A stretch of DNA of 62,421 nucleotides, taken from Octopus bimaculoides (taxonomy: Eukaryota). Positions 48,195 through 59,286 of this stretch are shown here, piece by piece (the first letter of the stretch is position 1; each line of letters starts with the position of its first letter). The notes below the pieces were generated by a model. That model searched no databases, was not told where the DNA came from, and saw only the letters and a list, made by a program, of their open reading frames with translations. The translations under genes and the position numbers were made by a program. The DNA lies in NCBI RefSeq assembly GCF_001194135.2, contig NC_068982.1, positions 72,417,260 to 72,479,680 on the forward strand, in the 5' to 3' direction.

Positions 48195-49329
48195 CTGGCA
48201 ACAAACAAAATACATAAATATAAACACAAAATATTAAAAAAATATTATAAAAAAAAAAATAGATGCTACACCTCATAGCATTCATTTACATGAATGCATT
48301 CTTCAGATACGACGCCAATAGAAATAATAATTATGTAGATGAAATAAATTAAAATGAAACAAATAAATGAATAAGTAAAATCCTCGTGCACCCTGTCACC
48401 ACCATCTTTATCTCCCTTTCAGTTTACCTCTACCCATCCTTGCATAATGCAGGGTAGCCATGTATCTCCTTTATAGCATGACATCTGCACTTGTCCCTCT
48501 AACATACTTTATTTAGCCTGGCATAAAACCACGTCGTTCAAATACATTCCCCACTCAGTCAAGGGTTTTTTTTCCTTCCACTTTATTTTGTCTTGCAAGT
48601 TACTTGGTAACCCCATTAATGCCAATGTCATGAAGAAAAAAAAAAAAAAGCACCCAGTACACACTGTAAAGTGTTTGGTGTGAAGAAGAAGAGCATCCAG
48701 CATTTCAAAGCTGACATGGGACCTGATGCAGCTCTGAAGCTTGTCGGACACTGTCAAACTGCTCAACCCATGTCAACATGGAAAGCAGACACTAGATGAT
48801 AACGATAATGATGGTGAATGAGAGCAGATATTTCAAAGATCAACAACAATAAATAAATAAATAAAATAAAAAATAAATATCTGACAGCAAACTGGCTCAA
48901 CTTATTGTCCAAACATTACTTCATAAAACAGAGGACAAGATAAACCTTATTTTTGGTAAAAGATGCTTTTGACTCTTGAGAAAATAACAAAACACATTAA
49001 GAAAATAGACTACAAAATCATAAACTTTAGTTTTATGTTTCTTTATAGCTACCAAGGCAGTAACTACAAAAAGGGATTACTAAGCAGATTTAATCCAATT
49101 CAGGCTATCTTACTACTGACACAAAATTTACTAAGTAGTAGTACAAGGCATTACAGAGCTACCAATGAGAAATTTCATTTCTTCTGTTAAGTGATAGAAA
49201 AAGAATAAACTAAGATACAAAATCTAGAGATAAGTGGTTTATTTTAAGCACAAGCTAAAAATAAAAACAAGCTCTCAATAAATAATATACATCATTTTAG
49301 TTTCCCGTCATTAAAGTTCATCTTTCAAC

Positions 49330-49370
49330 TATATATACACACACACACATATACACACATATATATATAT

Positions 49371-49429
<59 letters not shown>

Positions 49430-49450
49430 TATATATACATATATATAGAT
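49330..49450. repeat. Compound (TA)n/(CA)n microsatellite
   Basis: Read directly. Other (TA)n tracts lie at about 46321-46367, 47094-47130 and 62395-62421. Confidence 0.95.
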
Positions 49451-50358
49451 ATAATAATTTTTCCAGAGGATGTAGCAACCGTTACCAATATAGCATAAGA
49501 ACTTACCTTAGGAGATCATTAACTATATTTTCACTAAAATAATGTGAAATTTTTCTATGATAATTATAATGTTTGGCACACCAGGCCAGGTGCATGTCCT
49601 GTGGAATTAACAGTCATCAATCTTCAGCACAGGTGTAATGGTGAAATAAACATCAGAGATGCTTTTCCCACACAGAAGCTACAGGAGTCACTCAAGAGCT
49701 TTTCCAAGCTCTTCTAAATCTATTGTGATGCTGGAAACCCTTCTGTATTGTCAGCAGGTATCTCAGGATCACAAGCATTTTGCCACTTAACCTATAAACC
49801 TTATCTGAGTGGGGCACAGCAAGGACTGAGCTAGTCTTCACCTACAAAAGGGTTTCACTTGTGGTCTCTTATCAACCATAGCCATTTTGAGCTAGTTTCA
49901 GCTGCTGTTCCTGTTTCCTTGATGGCTTTCTTCAGTTGTCAGTGCACTGGCTTAGATAGAAAGCCGTGGCAGCTAAATTCAATGGGGAATGAGGCCACAT
50001 TCTGCACAAGGGCCTCATTGACTAAGTGCTGATATTTCAATTTTTTTACCAGGTAGCAAATATTGAGTTTGTCTTCCCAGGGTACTGCAAGTTTGACCAC
50101 AATGATTGTTTTTAGCATTTCTGTAGAGCAGGAACATGTCATGTTGGAGTAATGTTACCACTATCTCCTCTGAGAAGACAGATCTGCCCCTCAGGTTTAC
50201 TTGCATCTCCCAGCCTGAGGCTAAATGTAAAATAGAAAATGGTGTCCCCTTCCATTTGCCTTTACTTTGCGAGCCTTGTCACCTTTCTTTAGGAATATGA
50301 CACCCTTTGGTTGATATTAAGCCTTCACTCTTTGCAGATCAGTCCACTTGACAATTTC

Positions 50359-50929
50359 GGATCTTTTTTAAAACGGGGGCCACATTTTTCATTAATGTTT
50401 TATGTAGTGTTTTTTGTATGGAAAGACTTTCAAACTTCGTATACTTATTTATTTTGCGTTATAGAACAGAAAAATATTTTTGTATTCGAATTTATTTCAT
50501 GTAAAAATTGTCTTATTTCGATAATTTCAACCAATCACTGACGTCCATTCAGCCGATATACTTTAAGTGCCGACTACATAAACAAATGATTCTTCGTTTT
50601 ATTTGCTTTTTTCATTTTAAATTTGCTTTAACCCTAACCCTAACTCTAGGGTTAGGGTTAGGGTTAGGGTTAGGGTTAGGGTTAGGGTTAATTGTTTCAG
50701 AATCGTTTGTTTATGTAGTCGGCACTTAATGTATATCGGCTGAATGGACGTCAGTGATTGGTTGAAATTACAGAAATACAATAACTTTAACATGGAATAA
50801 TTTATCGATTTCTTTTTTTTTAAAGAAGACTAAGAGAAAAAGATGTTTTATATGACACATTCTACCAGTGTTCCAAGTTTCAAAGTGTTTCGTTAATGAA
50901 AAATGTGGCCCCCGTTTTAAAAAAGATCC
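50359..50929. mobile_element. Foldback MITE with 37-bp perfect TIRs and 8-bp TSD (Merlin-like by GG termini; hAT or P-like not excluded)
   Basis: TIR GGATCTTTTTTAAAACGGGGGCCACATTTTTCATTAA at 50359-50395 and 50893-50929. TSD ACAATTTC at 50351-50358 and 50930-50937. Inner inverted repeat at about 50522-50593 and 50699-50770. Confidence 0.92.
50629..50690. repeat. Telomere-type repeat core, (CCCTAA)2 then CTAGGG(TTAGGG)6
   Basis: Read directly at the centre of the MITE. Confidence 0.95.
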
Positions 50930-51829
50930 ACAATTTCTGCAAGAACCTTGTCATGACTCCCCTTGTATTGGCCTTTCCCTCCCAAAATGTGATTCAGAGT
51001 GCAAAGAGTTGTTCCACACTGCTTGTAAGATGAGTCTTTTTCTTTACTCCATATTTTTAAGGTTGTTTGGAAGGGATATGAACAATTTCTTAAAGCAATT
51101 ATAATAAATCTAACTAAACAGTTCTTTTTCTATACACCGTAATACCAAACAAACATTATGTGTAATTCATGTGACATACTGTTTTTCTGGAATTTCATAA
51201 TTCACAAACAAAAAGTGGAGAGCACATTATGTACAAATGCATGTTATATATGGATAAATACATTATTTTATTGACCTTGGAAAGATGAAAAGCAAAATCA
51301 ATCTTAGGCAGGATTTAAAATTCAAACATAAATGGGCCCAACTGTTTTTATTTAGTGCACTGTGACTCTGCCATTTATTGCTCTGAAGAAATCTGTAACC
51401 AAATGTCAGAAGAATACTCATGGCAGAAAAAAAGGTGACCAAAATACTTGACAAATAATTATGATAAACCTAAGAATGCTGGTTAACCCTTTGACATTCA
51501 GATTATTCTGTTAATGTAATAATGCTTAGTTATTCATATTGCTTTGAATTAATCATGACTTATCTTGTAGCTTCAAGATTTTGACAATGTAGAAGTTTAT
51601 GTTTAGAATAACACTGTAGGGTAAGTGTGAAGGGCCAGATCTGGCTACTTTGAACTTAAAGCAAGTAGAATATCTTGGCTGGATATGGATGGATTAAATG
51701 AAATGATATAAGATTTAGTGAGATATACCAAACAGTAGACTGGGCTAATCCATATCACTATGAATTAAAACAGTTGAAGAAATGATAGCGACAACATTAT
51801 ATCCAGGCCTTTCTTTCTCCAAATGCATT

Positions 51830-52310
51830 CTTTGGACTCACCTACAGCTTCCCCCTGTTCCTCTCTTACCATCCTATCTTCACTATCTCCAGATCTGGGA
51901 TGCTTTTGCAGCATTCATACTATTCTTCCTCTTCTCCCTACCTGTTATCTCTTTCTTCCTCATTGCCCTCATTGAACTCACCCTCTGCCTTATTTTCCCC
52001 ACACTGCCTCCTCAACACCTCTCATTTTTTCACTTTGTTCGCCTCCTCTGATCTGTTCCCATGACCACCACAACTCTCTTTCCTTTAATGATTGTCTCAA
52101 GATTTCTCTCCACCCTAGTCCCACGCTCCTTCCTGTTCCATTTCCTCCATACCTTCCATCCACATTCACCTTAACAATGAACAATAATTTCAGAACATCT
52201 CAAACACACCTGATCACCTTTTCATACTGTCCCCAACTTTTTTTCAATAACCCCTGATTCTAATCCCTTCTTGTTCCCTGCCCCATGGTCCCTGTATCAA
52301 GTTAACATTT
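51830..52310 (+). mobile_element. Highly decayed Penelope-like element fragment (RT thumb to GIY-YIG linker)
   Basis: FPLFLSYHP and DLFP*PPQLSF...SQDF resemble the PLE motifs IPLVLTYHP and IFPSPPL.AFRR..SLRD as I recall them. Confidence 0.4.
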
Positions 52311-52348
52311 TATAATCATTCTCTGATTATTAGTTTATGTCTTCCTGA

Positions 52349-52869
52349 AGAGGTAGGCCCAGGAAGACCTGGGCTGAGGTGGTGAGGCAAGACCTTCGTA
52401 CATTGGGCCTCACCGAGGCGATGACTACGGACCGAGACCTTTGGAAATGGGCTGTGCGTGAGAAGACCCGGCAAGCCAAGTAAGATCGTTGCCAGTGCCC
52501 CTGGACTGGTTCTTGTGCGGGTGGCACATGAGATGCACCATTTTGAGCGTGGCCGTTGCCAGTACCGCCTGACTGGCTCCTGTAGGATTTTCGAGCGAGA
52601 TCGTTGCCAGTGCCCCTGGACTGGCTTGTGCGGGTGGCACATAAAAGACACCATTTCGAGCGTGGCCGTTTTTGTGCGGGTGACACGTAAAAGCACCCAC
52701 TACACTCTCTGAGTGGTTGGCGTTAGGAAGGGCATCCAGCTGTAGAAACTCTGCCAAATCAGACTGGAGCCTGGTGTTGCCATCCGGTTTCACCAGTCCT
52801 CAGTCAAATCGTCCAACCCATGCTAGCATGGAAAGCGGACGTTAAACGATGATGATGATGATGATGATG
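52349..52869 (+). mobile_element. Young 5'-truncated RTE LINE: ORF C-terminus, stop, 3'UTR and tail
   Basis: Frame RGRPRKTWAEVVRQDLRTLGLTEAMTTDRDLWKWAVREKTRQAK ends at TAA 52481-52483 and is followed directly by the module array and (GAT)n. Confidence 0.9.
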
Positions 52870-53279
52870 TTAGTATGTTAAATCCTAATTCTAAAATGAT
52901 TACTGTAGAATTAATATTCATAATATCAGCTCATTTGTAGGATGTTCTAAGTCAATTTAAAACTGAATGAGAATTGTTATTTGGTATTATCTGGATTTAA
53001 GAGTTTCAGGTCTCTCTCTCTCTATATATATGGGCGTGTGTGTGTGTACATATAACTTCAAGTCTGAGCTTGTGAATGTAACTTATTACTGTTGGACATT
53101 CTTCTGAATGTCCAACAGTACTCCTCTAATGTGAGTTTCACTTAAGCTTTTGTAATCGAAGCTGAAGTATTTTACTCACTCAAGTAAAAGACAGGCAACT
53201 CAGCACTACCCCTTCATCCATATATTCAATGTTTGTTAGGGTGTTTTCTGGGAGCATTTTAAATCCTGGAAGTGTTTGG

Positions 53280-53750
53280 CAATAATAATAATAATAATAA
53301 TAATAATAAAGTAACAACAACAATGGTCCATTCTACTACAAGCACAAGGCCTAAAGTTTTGTAGAAAGGGGCTAGTTGATTACGTCAACCCCAGTATGCA
53401 ACTGGTACTTTATTTTATCAACCCCCGATAGGATGAAAGGCAAAGTTGCCATGTGAGGATTTGAACTTAACATGTGAAGAGCCAAAAGAAATGTTACTAA
53501 GCATTATGTCCAAATTACTACTACTACTAATAATAATAATAATAATAATCCTTTTTATTAAAGGCACAAGGCCTGAAATTTTGGGGGAGGGGACTAGCTG
53601 ATTACAACGACCACCAATGTTTCACTGGTATTTAATTTATCAGCCCCGAGAGGATGAAAGGCAAAGTCAACCTTGGCGGCATTTGAACTCAGACTCTAGC
53701 GATGGGTGAAATACTGCTATGCATTTTGCCTGCATGCTAACGATTCTGCC

Positions 53751-53782
<32 letters not shown>

Positions 53783-53965
53783 TGTTTCTTCTATAGGCAT
53801 ACAAGTTTGAAATTTTGAGGTGATGGGGTAGGCAGTTGATTACATCAAGTCTGAAAGGATGAAAGGTAAGGTTGATCCTGGTGGAATTCAAACTTAGAGC
53901 GTAAAGATGGACAAACTGCCATTAAGCATTTTGCCGAGCATGCTAATGATTCTACCAGCTCACTA
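53280..53965 (-). mobile_element. Head-to-tail trimer of SINE family B
   Basis: Units at about 53320-53510, 53549-53752 and 53785-53965, each separated by (AAT)n. Confidence 0.78.
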
Positions 53966-53971
53966 CCTACA

Positions 53972-53972
<1 letters not shown>

Positions 53973-54002
<30 letters not shown>

Positions 54003-54084
54003 AAGAAGAAGAAGAAGAAGAAGAAGAAGAAGAAGAAGAAGAAGAAGAAGGAGGAGGAGGAGGAGGAAGAGGAGGAAGAGGAGG
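53973..54084 (+). repeat. (AAG)n(GAG)n polypurine microsatellite
   Basis: Read directly. Confidence 0.95.
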
Positions 54085-55652
54085 TAGCTATGTTGATATC
54101 ACTCAAGCAGTTGAAAACTAATGGTGAGAAAAAGTAAAATTAGTAGAGTTTATTTATGAACTCAGGAGCAACACCAAATAACTGAAACAAGATACATTTT
54201 TCCATTTCAATTTTAATACTAAGCCTCCAAAACACTGAGTTACCTGAGGGGTTAAAGTACTTTAGCTCTGATTACAAAATTTAAGTAACACTCACATTAG
54301 AGGAGTACTGTTGCACATCCAGAAGAAGGTCATTAGACTGATTGGCAAAGTTCCACTTATTAATAAGTTACATTCACAAGCTCAGACTAGCAAGTCATAT
54401 ATACACACACACACACACACACAAATATATATATATACACACACACAGACACATTTTTTTTTATATAGCTACAACAATTGACTCTGTTCCTCTCAACTAG
54501 GAAATATGTTTATCACTGCCACCCAAGTTCATCAATCTCTTTCTTCTCTTGTCATTCCAATAGTGTCTTATGGACCGAAATACCACACGAAATATTTTGC
54601 CCAAATATGCCTCCCAAGACTGCTTGCAGGCTTCTGAAATTCTTTCCCCTACCAGTTCTTCTCACAGATGTTGACCTCCAACAAGAGAAAACCTTGTACT
54701 CCCCTCCCCTCCACTGACTAAAATAACAGAAAAGTAAAGTTGTCTCTCTTTGACACCAACTTATAAATATTGGTTTCTGCTGGCTGGGTAGAGAAATTTT
54801 GCTTGTACAAAGGAATGGACATAAGAAATTCATGTCCAGAGCAAGAAATTTTCTCCATGACAAAACACAGAGAATTGCTTTCTTACAGGTTTAAACATAT
54901 CTCAAGCATATTTAAATGGGTAACAAAAGTTTGTATTTATACACATCACTGCTTAGCGCTTTCACCCTGCATTTTATTTATGGTGAGCTGACAACTAATG
55001 CACTGTATAAATGACGAGAATATAATATGAGGGACCTGTTTCCCATTTGTCAGTTCATAGTATCTACCTTTCTGGTCAGTAGTGCCGAAGAGGAGATAAC
55101 CACTCCAAAATGCATGCATCCACCAGTCTGGTTTGAGAACGCTGCAAATGACTTGATGTGTTTACACCTGTCTGTTTATAGCAAGAAATTCTCTTCATGC
55201 CAAAATACAGTGAAGGACTTTCTTGTGGGTTCAAATATACCTCAAGTATATATATGAACTGGTAAGAAGTCTGTATTTAAACAAAGTTACAGGCTCAACT
55301 TTGTGGTAAGAAGCTTGCTTCCTAACCACATGGTTCTGGTTTTAGTCTCACTGCATGGCACCTTGAGCCTTAGGCTGACCAAAGCCTTGTGAGTGATCTT
55401 GGGAGACAGAAACTGAAAGAAGCCTGTAGTATATATATATTTATATGTGTATATCAATGTGCGTGTGACTTTGTGTTTGTGTTTGTCCCTCCATCACTGC
55501 TTGTTTGTGTGTTTTCCTCTCTGCAACTTAGCAGTTCAGCAAAAGAGTCTGATAGAATAAGTACTAAGGCAGTGTTCCAACATGGGTGCAGTCAAATGAC
55601 TGAAACAAGTAAAAGAATAAAAGAATACTTGTGTTTCTGGAGACAGAATTTA

Positions 55653-56032
55653 CCCTTTTGACACCAACCTGCCAAACATTGCCCTTGATTCTATGATACA
55701 TATATCCTGTTTTAAAATGATCAAAATTAAAACTCTCCATTAATATTTCATTTTAACTTATGCTACAGACACCAGCTTAATAATGACAATTATTTTATAA
55801 AAGTCATCATTTCCAAAATTAATGGAAACAAAGACAGTATATTTCAACAGAAATATGGTTCCAAAAGGGTTAAAGTGATCTAGATTAAAACTGTAATTAA
55901 TCTCATGCTAATTTACATTCCAAACATCAGCTAAATAATGACAAAGTTAATTTGCTAAATTCTTTATTATTTTCAAAATAAACTGAAACAGATACAATGT
56001 ATTTCAACAGAAATATGATTTTTAAAAAATGG
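55653..56032 (+). mobile_element. Same piggyBac-type MITE family, also with a duplicated 3' portion
   Basis: First GGG-TTAA end at 55867-55873, then AAGTGATCTAGATTAAAAC restarts the 3' portion, which ends GGTTAA at 56036. Confidence 0.7.
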
Positions 56033-56459
56033 TTAAGCAGTAAAAGACTGATCTAGAATTAATTGTTCAAAATCCAGTGAACTACTTCCTGTCAGACAAG
56101 AAACAATAACTAATCCACACCAACTATTTTTGAAATATTGCCTCTACACAATACTAATGGCACATTGAACACCAAAAACCTTGTCATAACACACGGCAAT
56201 GATGGTTACGACTGTTGTAGTTTGCCCAAGGATTTCACAATTAATGGACATTCCATTTGTGACTGTTTAGTCTTATGCAGGGAAAACAGGGTAAAGACTA
56301 GGGCCTATATCATCTGTGTTCATTTTCTAGGACAGCAGGATGGGATTTGAAGGAATTTTGCTGCTATTTCTAGCATGCCAAAAGGCCATACAGACGTCGG
56401 GCTTCCTTCCATTCTTGGTTCATTGTTGGGGTGCTCAGTGCTGGTCATGGATGAAATAG

Positions 56460-56558
56460 GTGGGTAGTTGCTGGTAGTAGTAAGAGGGGGGGGCGAGTAG
56501 GAGGTTAAATACAACAAAGGAACAGAGGAAATTAAATGCATAGCATTAACTGGAAGGG

Positions 56559-56594
<36 letters not shown>

Positions 56595-56956
56595 AAAACA
56601 GTTGTAGTGTGAGAGAGTAGAGAGAATGGCAGAATGAATGGAAAATGAAAGAGTAGAGATGAAAGTTTAAAGAAAGTCCATGAGGTAATTTCAAGACAAT
56701 GGTAGGATGGGGGGGTGAGAGAGAGAGATGTGAATATGGCATGTGAAAGGGGAAAGAGGCAGGGTTGAGAGACAATTAGAGAGGGAGTGACAGGAGATGG
56801 TAGAATAGGGGAGAGGAGGAAGAGGAGGAGTGCAATATAAAGGCAGAGAGAAGGAAGAGCAAGATAGTGGGAGAAAGTGGTGGTGAGGGAAGGAGGACTG
56901 AGAGAGAGAGAGGGAACCAAAGAAAAGTATTGGTGGGGAGGGGAATGTAAAGGGAG

Positions 56957-57010
<54 letters not shown>
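56460..57010. repeat. Purine-rich low-complexity tract with (GT)n, (GA)n, (CT)n and (TA)n
   Basis: Read directly. Confidence 0.85.
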
Positions 57011-57015
<5 letters not shown>

Positions 57016-57399
57016 GAAGAAATGGGAGACTAGATTAAAACTCACTCACACATCCACACATATAAGACATTTTCTGTAGAGCTGCCAAGAGGTGTACACA
57101 GTTAGAAACATGTCTGAACATAGAGGTCTGACCTAATTTTGAGACACTTACTTCCAGGCTCCAAATTCAGTACCCACCCTCCTCCTCCTCCTTCCACTTC
57201 CTGTCTTATTTTATCATCCACAATAGTAATAGACTATATTAAAATGAGCGTATGCATGTACGTAGGTACATATGTGTATATTTGTGTGTGTGTGTTGAGT
57301 GAAATATGGTTGCAAAACACATTCTTGGTTGATGATGATTTGGTAGAAAGTCTAAGACTTATAATGGTTTCACATTTTGGTACAAAGCCAGCAAAGCAA

Positions 57400-58650
57400 A
57401 GCTGACCTCGGCAAAGTTTGAACTCAGAACACAGCTAAGCATTTTTGCCCTATGTGCTAACAATACTGTCAAGTCATTGCCTAATGATGATAAGCATAAT
57501 AACAATAATAAAAATAATTTTTTTCTAATACAGGCACAAGGCCTGAAATTTTAGAGGAAGGAGTAGTTGATTACATCAACCCCAATACCTGACAAGTACT
57601 TTATTTTATCAACCCCGAAAGGATGAAAGGAACGTCAACCTCAAGAAGCATTGGAAGCCAGAATGTAAAATCAGAAGAAATGCTGCTAAGCATTTTGTTT
57701 GGAATGCTATTGACTGTACCAGCTCATAACAACAACAANNNNNNNNNNNNNNNNNNNNNNNNNNNNNNNNNNNNNNNNNNNNNNNNNNNNNNNNNNNNNN
57801 NNNNNNNNNNNNNNNNNNNNNNNNNNNNNNNNNNNNNNNNNNNNNNNNNNNNNNNNNNNNNNNNNNNNNNNNNNNNNNNNNNNNNNNNNNNNNNNNNNNN
57901 NNNNNNNNNNNNNNNNNNNNNNNNNNNNNNNNNNNNNNNNNNNNNNNNNNNNNNNNNNNNNNNNNNNNNNNNNNNCAGGCACAAGGCCTGAAATTTTAGA
58001 GGAAGGAGTAGTTGATTACATCAACCCCAATACCTGACAAGTACTTTATTTTATCAACCCCGAAAGGATGAAAGGAACGTCAACCTCAAGAAGCATTGGA
58101 AGCCAGAATGTAAAATCAGAAGAAATGCTGCTAAGCATTTTGTTTGGAATGCTATTGACTGTACCAGCTCATAACAACAACAACAACAACAATAATAACC
58201 CTTTCTACTATAGGCACAAGGCCTGAGATTTGGGGAATGGGGATAGTTGATTACATCGACACAGTACTCAACTGGTACTTATTTTACTGATCCTGAAAGG
58301 ATGAAAGACAAAGTTGACCTTGACAGCATTTGAACTCAGAACATAGCGATAGGCGAAATACCACTAAGCATTTCATCCAGCATGCTAACGATTCTGCCAG
58401 CTTGCCACCTTAATAATATTAATAATAATAATAATAATCCTTTCTACTATAGGCACAAGGCCTGAAATTTTGGGGGAAGGCTTTAGTTGATTACACGGAC
58501 CCCAGTGTTAAACAGGTACTTGTTTTATTGATCCCAAAAGGATGACAGGCAAAGCTGACCTTGGCGGAATATGAACTCAGAATGCTTAGCGAAATATCGC
58601 TAAGCATTTTGCTTGATGTGCTAAACAATTCTGCCAGTTCACTGCCCTGA
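57400..58650 (-). mobile_element. Array of SINE family B (one unit duplicated across the N gap)
   Basis: Units at about 57400-57480 (partial), 57520-57738, 57976-58183, 58196-58411 and 58436-58650, joined by (AAT/AAC)n. Confidence 0.75.
57739..57975. other. Assembly gap (N run)
   Basis: Ns. Confidence 1.
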
Positions 58651-58721
58651 AGGAGCAGATGGACAAGACTGTGCTGGTGGTTGCAAGTTTTACATTGAGA
58701 GTTCCAATATAATAATAATGC

Positions 58722-59286
58722 AGTACCAGGTAGTGGCTCTCATGGCTTCTGATCATAATTGGTTGGAAGTGTTAACATGTACATTGTTTTGTCTTGGTAT
58801 AAAAGATGGGCTACAGCAAATATTCTGCTTAATACCACAGATTTGCTTGTCAGTTGTTTGACCTTAACTAGTTGAGCATGGCCCTTGGTGGCTGACGATA
58901 TGTGCATCTCTGATCATGAGCAGAAGTAGTGGGGGAGCATCATAGCTGTGTGTTGAGAGGAATTCTTTGGGGTTTGAATAATTCACCTTTGGAAACATGG
59001 GTGTTTTGCTCAACATCCTTAAACAAACCTTATTCAGGGACCTTTTGAGCAGAATGGGCTACTTCACCTGAAGAAAATTCTGAGCCCCACTTGTCAGGTC
59101 ATGCGCTGTTTATCTTGATATGAGATCACCATGTCGCGTACATATGGTTGTGATGCATGTGCCTGGTGTACCCTTATCAGACGGGTAGTCATGATGGGTA
59201 TAAAGGGCTTCATATATTTTAATCCAGTGTCACTTTGATGGCATGCACTGCTCTCTCACTCAATAATAATAATAATAATAATAATA
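58722..59286 (+). mobile_element. Probable retroposon fragment with (AAT)n tail, family unassigned
   Basis: Higher-GC segment bracketed by (AAT)n on both sides. It is a single copy here. Confidence 0.35.

Larger units (their letters stand above)
49740..51040 (-). mobile_element. Remnant of a HERO-like non-LTR retrotransposon with restriction-like endonuclease, interrupted by a MITE
   Basis: Minus strand gives CGTTLCTLNHILG (decayed CCHC), HDKVLAEIV, GWEMQVNL...LQHDMFL (decayed RPD), IIVVKLAVPWED...KKLKYQHL, PIEFSCHGF and AAETSSKWLWLIR. Confidence 0.75.

Noticed and set aside
50629-50690. Relic of a telomere-telomere chromosome fusion
   Set aside because: The tract is short, lies at the centre of a TSD-flanked element, and its orientation (CCCTAA then TTAGGG) is opposite to that of an end-to-end fusion.
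53907-54137. Poly-K/poly-E ORF, and the 15182-15457 K/N-rich and 24483-24722 poly-I ORFs
   Set aside because: Translations of microsatellite or low-complexity DNA.
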